Positions 52,467 to 60,826 of a DNA stretch of 64,000 nucleotides are shown one piece after another. The stretch's first letter is position 1. Each line of letters opens with the position of its first letter. Under the pieces are notes generated by a model that saw nothing but the letters and a program-made list of their open reading frames with translations, ran no database searches and was not told where the DNA came from. The position numbers and the translations under genes were made by a program. Source of the stretch: Gammaproteobacteria bacterium (lineage in GTDB: Bacteria > Pseudomonadota > Gammaproteobacteria > GCA-002705445 > GCA-002716945); contig PBCF01000002.1 of assembly GCA_002716945.1 (NCBI GenBank), positions 414,953-478,952 of the forward strand. The letters are read 5' to 3'.

Positions 52467-53693
52467 ATGAGCACTCTAATAATATTCACAATACTGTTTT
52501 ATTTTTTAGTAAAATTTTTTCTAGATATTATTCAAATTGATTATATTAAAAAAGTTGAAATAAAATCAGAAGAATTAAATATGCTTGGCTTGAATAAAGA
52601 ATTCATTCAAAAATCTAATTCATATAATATTGATAAATTATTTTTATCTCTAATCAATCTTTTTATGCAGATAACAATTCTATTATTTCTTCTGTTTGGT
52701 GGAGGAATAGATTATATATCAAAGATTATATCATCATCATCTATTAATTTTATTAATAGCGATTTACAAATTATATTACTATTTTTTATAATTATTAATT
52801 TGGTCAATATTCCATTAAGTATTTATAAAACGTTTGTTGTAGAAGAAAAATATGGTTTTAATAAAATGAAACTAGGCCTATTCTTTAAAGATAGACTAAT
52901 TTCACTAATTATAACTCTAATACCAATAATCATATTATTCCAATCATTCTTATATCTGTATAATAATTATGATAATTTTTGGTGGGTATTAACATGGTTA
53001 CTATTTATGATATTTAATATCTTTGTTATTTTAATATATCCTTCTTTAATATCTCCGTTATTCAATAAGTTTGAAAAAATTACTGATGAAAATATTTTAA
53101 ATGTTATTAAAGATTTATCCAATAAAACACAATTTAATGTTACAGATGTTTTTGTAATGGATGGTTCGAAAAGATCGAGTCATTCGAATGCTTACTTTAC
53201 TGGTCTAGGGAATGTTAAAAGAATTGTTTTTTTTGATACTTTATTAAAAATGTTATCTACAAATGAAATAAAATCTGTCTTAGCACATGAAATAGGACAT
53301 TACAAAAAGAAACATATAGCAAAATCTATATTAATGAGTTCAATAATAAGTCTCCTTACTTTTTTTCTATTATATATTTTAATGAAAACACCATTATTCT
53401 TTGTGTCAGCAGGTGTATCTATTATAAGTCCAGCCTCAATGATTATAAGCTTTATATTATTGTTTCCTCTAGTAGATTTTTTTCTAACACCTATTTATTC
53501 TTATATATCTAGAAAAAATGAATTTGAAGCTGACAATTATGCTAAACAACATACTAATAAAAATGATTTGATATCTTCTTTGTTGAAACTCTATAAAGAA
53601 AATTTAAGTATATTAAAGCCAAATCCAATTTATTCTAAATTCTATTACACTCATCCAACAGTTTTTGAAAGAATTACTAATTTAAAATTGTAA
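52467..53693 (+). CDS. M48-family zinc metalloprotease, Ste24/CAAX-protease-like.
   Basis: 408 aa. Seven predicted TM segments. FVVEEKYGFNK, SKRSSHSNAYFTGLG..KRIVFFDTL, HEIGHYKKKH (HExxH), SRKNEFEAD and C-terminal HP..ERI motifs characteristic of Ste24-type M48A enzymes. Confidence 0.8.
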   Translation: MSTLIIFTILFYFLVKFFLDIIQIDYIKKVEIKSEELNMLGLNKEFIQKSNSYNIDKLFLSLINLFMQITILLFLLFGGGIDYISKIISSSSINFINSDLQIILLFFIIINLVNIPLSIYKTFVVEEKYGFNKMKLGLFFKDRLISLIITLIPIIILFQSFLYLYNNYDNFWWVLTWLLFMIFNIFVILIYPSLISPLFNKFEKITDENILNVIKDLSNKTQFNVTDVFVMDGSKRSSHSNAYFTGLGNVKRIVFFDTLLKMLSTNEIKSVLAHEIGHYKKKHIAKSILMSSIISLLTFFLLYILMKTPLFFVSAGVSIISPASMIISFILLFPLVDFFLTPIYSYISRKNEFEADNYAKQHTNKNDLISSLLKLYKENLSILKPNPIYSKFYYTHPTVFERITNLKL

Positions 53694-53694
53694 T

Positions 53695-54045
53695 ATGAGC
53701 AAATTAAATGATGATTTGTCTAAAAAAAAATGCCAGCCATGTGAAGGCGGTCTAGATCCAATGACTTACGATGAGGCAAAACACTTATTATCAAAATTAT
53801 CTAATGGATGGATATTAAGTCAAGATGGTAAAAAAATTTATAAAGATTATAAAACAAAAAATTATTATGAAATTACATCTTTGATTAATTTAGTGATATG
53901 GTTATCTAACAAAGAAGATCATCATCCTGAAATAAATTTTTCTTACAATACAGCACGGATTACTTATTTCACATATGCAATCAATGGGCTATCAGAAAAT
54001 GATTTTATCTGTGCATCAAAAATTGATCTTGCTACTAAAATTTAG
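53695..54045 (+). CDS. Pterin-4a-carbinolamine dehydratase (PCD/DCoH family).
   Basis: 116 aa. Family motif E-D-H-H-P-(x6)-Y-...-W-x-H, seen here as EDHHPEINFSY..ARITYFTY. Confidence 0.8.
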   Translation: MSKLNDDLSKKKCQPCEGGLDPMTYDEAKHLLSKLSNGWILSQDGKKIYKDYKTKNYYEITSLINLVIWLSNKEDHHPEINFSYNTARITYFTYAINGLSENDFICASKIDLATKI

Positions 54046-54662
54046 ATAGTTTTTCTTTCATTGAAAGCATGAGAAATTGTTTCGCTATCTAGATAACCTA
54101 ATTCACCGTTTAATGGTATACCAAAAGCAATTCTAGAAATTTTAATATTTAAATTTATTGCCATCTGATGTATATAATGGGCAGTTGCTTCCCCTTCCAC
54201 AGTTGTATTTGTTGCTAATATAAGTTCAGACACACAATTTGATTTAAGTCTTTTTTCAAGTTTCTCTATTCCAATTTCTCTAGGACCTCTTCCATCTATC
54301 GGTGAAAGGTTTCCTTCCAAAACAAAATAGTATCCATTGTAGTCAGTACTATTATTAATAACATAAACATCAGATGGGGATTCAGTTACACAAATCTTTG
54401 ATTTATCCCTATTTTCTCTAACGCAACTGAGACATTCATCATTAGTTTGTTCTAATACATCATTAAGATCTAAATAAATTCCACATATTTTACAATTTGA
54501 TATTTGAGTGGTTATATCTTCTAATTTCTTAGATAAGTTCAAAACCATTTTTTTGTCTGATCTTATAAGTTGATAAGCCATACGTTGTGCGGATTTTTTT
54601 CCTATTCCCGGTAGGATTGTTAGTGCTTCAATTAATTCAATTAACTTTCTTGATTCTTTCAT
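54042..54662 (-). CDS. recR: Recombination protein RecR.
   Basis: 206 aa. N-terminal HhH region (LPGIGKKSAQR), C4 zinc finger (CKICG...CLSC), Toprim domain. Confidence 0.95.
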   Translation of the reverse strand: MKESRKLIELIEALTILPGIGKKSAQRMAYQLIRSDKKMVLNLSKKLEDITTQISNCKICGIYLDLNDVLEQTNDECLSCVRENRDKSKICVTESPSDVYVINNSTDYNGYYFVLEGNLSPIDGRGPREIGIEKLEKRLKSNCVSELILATNTTVEGEATAHYIHQMAINLNIKISRIAFGIPLNGELGYLDSETISHAFNERKTI

Positions 54663-54665
54663 ACA

Positions 54666-54974
54666 TTAAAAAGGTAATTTAAAACCAGGCGGTATATTCA
54701 TCAATCCACCCATTTTACTTTTAATTTCATTATCAAGTTTATTCATGGCGTCATTACAAGCAGCAATAATCAAATCATTCAAAACCTTGGAATCACCTAG
54801 TTTAACTTCATCATCGATTTGAATATCAACTACTTGATGATTTCCTTTTACAGTAACTTTAACTGAACCACCACCTGCTTGTCCTTCTACCAAAATTTTC
54901 TCAATTTCTTTCTGCGCTTTTTTTACATTATCATAAACATTTTTAGCGTCTTTCATTTTATCTATGAAACTCAT
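54666..54974 (-). CDS. ybaB: Nucleoid-associated protein YbaB/EbfC.
   Basis: 102 aa. Conserved dnaX-ybaB-recR operon position. GGLMNIP... C-terminus typical of the family. Confidence 0.9.
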   Translation of the reverse strand: MSFIDKMKDAKNVYDNVKKAQKEIEKILVEGQAGGGSVKVTVKGNHQVVDIQIDDEVKLGDSKVLNDLIIAACNDAMNKLDNEIKSKMGGLMNIPPGFKLPF

Positions 54975-54976
54975 TA

Positions 54977-56497
54977 TTATCCCTCCACATCTTTAATTTT
55001 TTTTATAGATTTTTTATCAATATCTGACCCAAATATCTCTTTAATATTATTAATGTTGGGATCTTTTGACGCTTTGTTATAAATTATATTATTTTCAGTT
55101 TTCATTTTTTCTTTTTGTATGTAATCTGGTGTTTTTAAGTTTTCTTGATAAATAACTTCATATTTGTATTCTTTTTTAAAAAAATTATTTAATATTTTAA
55201 AAAAATCTGATAAGCATGATTTAGGAAAAATATCCTGTTTTTTCTGATCAATCATGAGTGAAAAATTATCATCATCTTTTTTTATCAGCACACAGTGTCT
55301 AGCGAGTTCTAACGTAATGCCACTAATATTAAGTTGATCTATAATCTTATTCCAATCAAAATCTATACCTTTTGAATTATCAGGCACTGAATTAACATTA
55401 TCTGTATCTGACGCATCATCATCAAAGAAATATATCATTCTAAGCATTATCATAGAAAAATAATCTTTTTGATTTGGGGTTAAAGGTATATCCTTTTTTG
55501 CTGAAATAGCTATCTGATAAAAAAGCTGTAGATCTTGAGATGATATATTCTTTGTAGTTAGATTATAAAACTCATCATTATCAAAAAAATTATCTTTAAT
55601 TTTTGGATTTATCTTATATAAAGATAATTTATATAAAATATCTATGATAGAATCCAATAGTTTTTCAAAACTAATACTATTTTGTATTCCTTCAATAATG
55701 CTAATAAGATCTTCCGGAGATTTGTGTATGACTTTAAGAATTATGTTTTGAATTATCTCTTCATCAATATGACCCATAAGTGTTTTAATTTTATTTATAT
55801 CTAATGACCCATTACAGTAGGAAATACATTGTTCTAATATGCTTAATGAATCTCGTAAACTACCTTTGGCATTTTTTGAAATTAAATCTAATGATTCATT
55901 ATCATATTCAATATTTTCTTTTTCTAGTATATTTTTTAGATGAGAAGCAATAACTCCAAAATCTACCTGGTTCAGTTTAAAGTGCAAGCATCGAGATAAA
56001 ACTGTTTCAGGTAATTTATCTGGTTCGGTTGTTGCTAGTAAAAACTTAACGTGTTCTGGTGGCTCTTCAATGGTTTTTAGTAATGCATTGAAACTTTTAT
56101 CAGATAGCATATGCACCTCATCAATAAGATAAATTTTAAATCTTGATGAAGTCGGAGAATATTGAACATTTTCCATCAATGTTCTGGTATCTTCAACTTT
56201 AGTTCTTGATGCAGCATCAATTTCTATTAAATCAAGATGGTTGCCCTTATCAATCTCTATACATGCATTACATTTCCCACATGGAGTATTCGAGATACCC
56301 TCATTACATAGAAGTGACTTAGCAAATAATCTTGCAATTGTAGTTTTACCTACACCCCTTGTTCCGGAAAATAAATATGCATGATGAATTTTATTAAGTT
56401 TTATAGAGTTAGACAACATATCAACAGCTAAATCTTGACCAGTAACTTCATTGAAAAATTTAGGTCTATATTTTAAGGCTAATACATCATTGGTCAT
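54977..56497 (-). CDS. dnaX: DNA polymerase III subunit gamma/tau.
   Basis: 506 aa. AAA+ Walker A GTRGVGKTT, zinc module CGKCNACIEI, sensor motifs. Shorter than E. coli tau. Confidence 0.93.
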   Translation of the reverse strand: MTNDVLALKYRPKFFNEVTGQDLAVDMLSNSIKLNKIHHAYLFSGTRGVGKTTIARLFAKSLLCNEGISNTPCGKCNACIEIDKGNHLDLIEIDAASRTKVEDTRTLMENVQYSPTSSRFKIYLIDEVHMLSDKSFNALLKTIEEPPEHVKFLLATTEPDKLPETVLSRCLHFKLNQVDFGVIASHLKNILEKENIEYDNESLDLISKNAKGSLRDSLSILEQCISYCNGSLDINKIKTLMGHIDEEIIQNIILKVIHKSPEDLISIIEGIQNSISFEKLLDSIIDILYKLSLYKINPKIKDNFFDNDEFYNLTTKNISSQDLQLFYQIAISAKKDIPLTPNQKDYFSMIMLRMIYFFDDDASDTDNVNSVPDNSKGIDFDWNKIIDQLNISGITLELARHCVLIKKDDDNFSLMIDQKKQDIFPKSCLSDFFKILNNFFKKEYKYEVIYQENLKTPDYIQKEKMKTENNIIYNKASKDPNINNIKEIFGSDIDKKSIKKIKDVEG

Positions 56498-56509
56498 ATT
56501 GATATTGTA

Positions 56510-57178
56510 TCATGACTTATTTTGAAATAAGTGACCAGTCTTTACAAAAATTATTGTTTCTTCTTCCTTTGTGAATGGTGCATGACTACTTTCATGTGGA
56601 CTTCGCAACCATGTTCCTTGAGGATAAACTCCATATTCATCATAGAAAACTCCCTTTATTACAAATATTTCTTCTCCACCAAAGTGTTTATGGTTAGTAA
56701 ACTGAGTGTGTGGTCTCCATTTTACAAGAGCAACTTGTTCTGTGATGAATTGATGTAATGGCATTACAGATAATCCATCAACAAGTCCCGGTAACCATTG
56801 TTCAGTCTGTGTATTTTTTATTATTTTATTTTTATCGCGATCATGGAATTGTCTCAATTTAACAAATATAGTACATCCTTTGTTACTAAATGGACTATGG
56901 CTAGAACCATCTGGATTTCTAATATACGTTCCAGCCGGATAGTTTCCAAATTCATCTGAAAATACTCCATCGAGCACAAAAATTTCTTCTCCTCTATCAT
57001 GTGTATGTCTTGTAAAATGACTATTTGCATTAAATTTAACGATTGATGTTGCTACAGCATATTCTCCACCATCATCTCTTTCTAAATAAATTCGCGAAAC
57101 ACCCTCTGATGGAGAATTATGATGTTCTTCATTTTCCGTATTAACAATTTCTTTTTTGGAATAATCTGTTCTTATCAT
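56510..57178 (-). CDS. Tandem-cupin (bicupin) protein resembling ChrR-type (cupin_7) domains.
   Basis: 222 aa with a clear internal duplication: FTRHTHDRGEEIFVLDGVFSDEFGNYPAGTYIRNPDGSSHSPFS and FTNHKHFGGEEIFVIKGVFYDEYGVYPQGTWLRSPHESSHAPFT. His/Glu-rich metal-site pattern typical of cupins. Stops 12 nt upstream of dnaX. Confidence 0.6.
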   Translation of the reverse strand: MIRTDYSKKEIVNTENEEHHNSPSEGVSRIYLERDDGGEYAVATSIVKFNANSHFTRHTHDRGEEIFVLDGVFSDEFGNYPAGTYIRNPDGSSHSPFSNKGCTIFVKLRQFHDRDKNKIIKNTQTEQWLPGLVDGLSVMPLHQFITEQVALVKWRPHTQFTNHKHFGGEEIFVIKGVFYDEYGVYPQGTWLRSPHESSHAPFTKEEETIIFVKTGHLFQNKS

Positions 57179-57185
57179 AGATAAA

Positions 57186-57296
57186 TCAATATTTTTTTAG
57201 CGTCCCTTTTAACCTTGCACCTGAATTACGATGAATTCTACGAGGTTTTGTATTTCTTTTTTTCTTATAAGTTTTTATACTATCTCTATCATTCAT
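57186..57296 (-). CDS. Possible 36-aa highly basic small ORF (MNDRDSIKTYKKKRNTKPRRIHRNSGARLKGTLKKY). Speculative.
   Basis: ATG at 57296, TGA at 57186-57188. 13 of 36 residues are Lys or Arg. Lies 7 nt upstream of the bicupin gene on the same strand. No obvious Shine-Dalgarno. It would leave only 28 bp to the divergent cupin gene. Confidence 0.15.
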   Translation of the reverse strand: MNDRDSIKTYKKKRNTKPRRIHRNSGARLKGTLKKY

Positions 57297-57324
57297 ATCA
57301 TTAGCTTATCATGGAGAATTAATT

Positions 57325-57648
57325 TTGGAAACGAGAGTTAAAAGGCCTTGGGGCTACTATAGAGTTATACATACAATAGGTAAAACTATAAAAGTTAAAG
57401 AATTAGTTATAGAACCTGGAAAGAGTCTTTCTAATCAAAGGCATTTCAAAAGATCAGAAATGTGGTATGTCGTAAAAGGCAAATGTATGGTTAATGATGA
57501 TATCTTAAGTCCCTTAACAGAGTCATATAACATACCTGCAAAAACTTGGCATAGAGGATATAATCCTTTTAATGAATCATGTCATATAATTGAAGTTCAG
57601 CATGGAATAGAATGTATTGAAGAGGATATAGAGGTAAATAATAATTAA
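57325..57648 (+). CDS. Small stand-alone cupin homologous to the C-terminal domain of type II mannose-6-phosphate isomerase / GDP-mannose pyrophosphorylase.
   Basis: 107 aa. RPWGYY, V.PG.SLS.Q.H..RSE.W.VVKG, Y.IP....HR..NP and IIEVQ.G...EDDI all match the ManC/AlgA C-terminal cupin. TTG start preceded by GGAG at 8-nt spacing. Confidence 0.7.
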   Translation: METRVKRPWGYYRVIHTIGKTIKVKELVIEPGKSLSNQRHFKRSEMWYVVKGKCMVNDDILSPLTESYNIPAKTWHRGYNPFNESCHIIEVQHGIECIEEDIEVNNN

Positions 57649-58085
57649 TTAGATAAGAATTCTTTATAAGAATTAGTAATTAAATAAGGACTTTTATATT
57701 TTTTTAAGAACTGTTCTTTTAAAAATTTTGTTAAGTCTTTAGAATCTACAAAATTAGAATTATGTATATTAATTCCTTTATTTGTCTCCATAAAACTAAA
57801 ACCTCTATAGGCTGATAAACCATCTACTTTGAGAACGAAACTTCTTGTTCCAGTATATAATATATAGAATTTAAAATTAGAAATAGTAGCCGATGATTCT
57901 ACTTTCCAACCATCATCTAATATTTTTTCCATTTTTAGTTCCTTCATCTGTTTGATAAAATCAGTTTTGTTTATATCTACCGATGATAATAATTTAATCA
58001 AGGCACTAATAAACGGAACTAGAAAATCTATAGATGTTTTAATATTTTTTTTCTCTAAGTCAGTAAGTTTACTTATCATAATCAT
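57645..58085 (-). CDS. Hypothetical protein with no recognisable family.
   Basis: 146-aa ORF with coding-like composition. Ends 9 nt from the tRNA-Ser(GGA) 3' end. No motif recognised by eye. Confidence 0.45.
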   Translation of the reverse strand: MIMISKLTDLEKKNIKTSIDFLVPFISALIKLLSSVDINKTDFIKQMKELKMEKILDDGWKVESSATISNFKFYILYTGTRSFVLKVDGLSAYRGFSFMETNKGINIHNSNFVDSKDLTKFLKEQFLKKYKSPYLITNSYKEFLSN

Positions 58086-58094
58086 ACTTTACCA

Positions 58095-58181
58095 TGGAGA
58101 GAGTGGGATTCGAACCCACGATACAGTTTCCTGTATACACGCTTTCCAAGCGTGCTCCTTCAACCACTCGGACATCTCTCC
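58095..58181 (-). tRNA. tRNA-Ser (GGA).
   Basis: Minus strand reads GGAGAGATGTCCGAGTGGTTGAAGGAGCACGCTTGGAAAGCGTG...GTGGGTTCGAATCCCACTCTCTCCA. Long variable arm. Anticodon loop TTGGAAA. Confidence 0.88.
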
Positions 58182-58182
58182 G

Positions 58183-59409
58183 TTAATTATTAGTAACTTT
58201 GATTCTACTTTGTTTGTTGAATAAATATATACCAAATATAAAGAAAAGAGATAAGCTTAAGATGCCTATTCTGGTGCTATCAAACATATAGGAAACCAAA
58301 CCTACCACAAGCGGTCCAATTAATGCAGCAAATTTACCAAGCATATTATACACACCATAGAGTTCTGAGCTACGATTTCTTGGAATTAATCTAGCATAGT
58401 AAGATCTACTTAGCGCCTGTATACCACCTTGTACAAGTCCAATTAATATTGCAATTAAATAAAACTCATAAATAGAAGTTAAATTAAAAGATATAAAAGT
58501 GATAATAATATAAATAAATAAACATATTTTTATGCTTATATCTATTGTGTAATAACTTGCTAGCTTATTAATTAAAAGTGTTCCAGGAAAACTAACAAAC
58601 TGAGTAACTAAAAGTGCAATCAATAAATCACTTGATGTAAATCCAATGGTCATTCCATAATTAACTGCCATACGAATTATCGTATCCACTCCATCAATAT
58701 ATATCCAATATGCAAATAAAAAATATAGTAATCGTTTATCGTTTTTTACATATCTATATGTATCCAATAAATTAATTTTATCTGATGAAATATTGCCATC
58801 ATCATTTTTCCAATAAAGTATTAATGGAATCATGAAAATTAACCACCATAATGCAGTAAATATGAAAACAATTTTTTTCTCCGCAATTAGTGTCATTGTC
58901 TTATCATCAAAATAAAAAAGAAAAAGTAGTGAAAGAACAAATGCAATTCCTCCGCCTAGATAACCAATAGCATAACCATACGACGATATTGAATCATAGT
59001 TTTTATCTGAACCTTCAAAGTTAACTAACATTGAGTCATAAAAAACATTAGAAAGCATAAACCCAAATAGTGAAATGCTAAATAATAGTGAAGCTAACAT
59101 CCAACTATTTTCTCCAACAAAAGATAATAGTAATGTAGAAGATATGCTTATAAGTGCAAAAAATATTAAAAAATTTTTTTTATCTTGTTTTCTATCAGAC
59201 AATAGGCCTATTAATGGTGCTAATATTATAAGTAATAAACTAGCAGATGAATTTGATATTCCTAACACCAAAGTTCTCTCTACATCAGAAAATAATAACG
59301 CAAAATTTTCAGCAAAAATAATTGGATAAAAACCAGCTAATACAATTGTCGCATAAGCAGAATTAGCCCAATCATACATAACCCAACTAAAAATTTTTTT
59401 ATTTTTCAC
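58183..59409 (-). CDS. MFS transporter, UMF1/Atg22-like family.
   Basis: 408 aa with 12 predicted TM segments. N-terminal SWVMYDWANSAY motif characteristic of the UMF1 subfamily. Confidence 0.8.
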   Translation of the reverse strand: MKNKKIFSWVMYDWANSAYATIVLAGFYPIIFAENFALLFSDVERTLVLGISNSSASLLLIILAPLIGLLSDRKQDKKNFLIFFALISISSTLLLSFVGENSWMLASLLFSISLFGFMLSNVFYDSMLVNFEGSDKNYDSISSYGYAIGYLGGGIAFVLSLLFLFYFDDKTMTLIAEKKIVFIFTALWWLIFMIPLILYWKNDDGNISSDKINLLDTYRYVKNDKRLLYFLFAYWIYIDGVDTIIRMAVNYGMTIGFTSSDLLIALLVTQFVSFPGTLLINKLASYYTIDISIKICLFIYIIITFISFNLTSIYEFYLIAILIGLVQGGIQALSRSYYARLIPRNRSSELYGVYNMLGKFAALIGPLVVGLVSYMFDSTRIGILSLSLFFIFGIYLFNKQSRIKVTNN

Positions 59410-59425
59410 AAGTAAAATTTTATTA

Positions 59426-59512
59426 TGGAGAGACAGGGATTCGAACCCTGGAAGGTCGTTAAACCTTGCTGGTTTTCAAGACCAGTGCATTCAACCGCTC
59501 TGCCATCTCTCC
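59426..59512 (-). tRNA. tRNA-Ser (TGA).
   Basis: Minus strand reads GGAGAGATGGCAGAGCGGTTGAATGCACTGGTCTTGAAAACCAG...GGGTTCGAATCCCTGTCTCTCCA. Long variable arm. Anticodon loop CTTGAAA. Confidence 0.88.
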
Positions 59513-59547
59513 TGTTATGAGACATTATAGTTCAATTAAAAAATTTT

Positions 59548-60801
59548 TCATAACTCAATAGTTTTAAATCCAGTATAACTATGGAGTTGATTTGGAATAT
59601 GTATGGTTTTGTTTTGATAATTATTTTCTATAAGAGCTGCTAGAGTTCTGCCTATAGCTAATCCAGATCCATTTAACGTATTAACAAAGAATTTTTTATT
59701 AGTTTTATCTTTAAATTTTATATTCAATCTTCTAGATTGAAAATCTCCAAATGTGCTACATGATGAAATTTCTCTATATTTATTCTGACTGGGAAACCAT
59801 GCTTCTAAATCATAAGTTTTTTCAGATGCAAATCCTAAATCACCCGTACATAATAGAACTCTTCTATATGGTATGGATAAAGATTCTAAAATCATCTCAG
59901 CATGAAGAGTAATCTCTTCGAGGGCATTTTCAGTATCTGAAGGATTAGCAATTTGTACTAGCTCCACTTTTTCAAACTGATGTTGTCTTATAATTCCCGT
60001 GGTATCTTGTCCATATGCACCAGCTTCGGATCTAAAACATGGAGTATGTGATACTAATTTTTTTGGTAAATCCGTATGATTAAAGATATGATTTCTATAT
60101 AAGTTGGTTAGAGGAACTTCAGCGGTTGGAATTAAATATAAATCAGTATCACGAAGATTAAACAGATCGGTTTCAAATTTAGGTAATTGCCCCGTTCCTA
60201 TCAGACTTGTTTTATTTACTATATACGGAACGTTATATTCTAAGTAATTGTTTTTCTCGCTATGAATAGTTAACATAAAATTAACTAATGCTCTATGAAG
60301 TTTTGCAACTTTACCTTTCATCACTGTAAATCTTGATTTAGCCAGATTAACGCCAGATTCAAAGTCTAGTAATTTTTCTTTATTAAAAATATCAGAATGG
60401 TCACAAAAATCTTTTGGCTTACAACCCCATTCTTTGATTATTTTGTTATCTTCAGATGTTACACCTACTGGTACATCCTTTAACGGTATGTTTGGTATAC
60501 CTAAAACATAATCATTTAGTTGTGATTCAGTATCTTCAAGAGATTTTTTGATATTAGTAATAGTTTTATCTAGCTCTATAGATTTAGATTTTAATTTGTC
60601 TCTTTCTTTTTCACTAGTAATGTCTTTAAAAATTTCAGCAATTTTATTCTTTTCTGCAGAGATAGATTCTTTTCGAGTTATATAGTTTTTTCTTTGAGTG
60701 GTTAAATCTTGAATTAATTTAACATCAAGACTAAAAGCCCTAGTTTTCAATGCTTCTTTAAGTTCTGAAACATTATCAAGTATAAATTTTACATCTAACA
60801 T
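59548..60801 (-). CDS. serS: Seryl-tRNA synthetase.
   Basis: 417 aa. N-terminal coiled-coil arm. Class II motifs (FRSEAGAYGQDTTGIIRQHQF..., GSGLAIGRTLAAL). Confidence 0.95.
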   Translation of the reverse strand: MLDVKFILDNVSELKEALKTRAFSLDVKLIQDLTTQRKNYITRKESISAEKNKIAEIFKDITSEKERDKLKSKSIELDKTITNIKKSLEDTESQLNDYVLGIPNIPLKDVPVGVTSEDNKIIKEWGCKPKDFCDHSDIFNKEKLLDFESGVNLAKSRFTVMKGKVAKLHRALVNFMLTIHSEKNNYLEYNVPYIVNKTSLIGTGQLPKFETDLFNLRDTDLYLIPTAEVPLTNLYRNHIFNHTDLPKKLVSHTPCFRSEAGAYGQDTTGIIRQHQFEKVELVQIANPSDTENALEEITLHAEMILESLSIPYRRVLLCTGDLGFASEKTYDLEAWFPSQNKYREISSCSTFGDFQSRRLNIKFKDKTNKKFFVNTLNGSGLAIGRTLAALIENNYQNKTIHIPNQLHSYTGFKTIEL

Positions 60802-60826
60802 TAAATTTTAAAATTATTAAGAATAT

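Noticed and set aside
55091-55130. A-rich stretch in dnaX (CAAAAAGAAAAAATG) examined as a possible -1 frameshift site for a gamma subunit.
   Set aside because: It is not a canonical X XXY YYZ heptamer in the zero frame and lies near the C-terminus. Only this stretch was inspected, so no frameshift is claimed.
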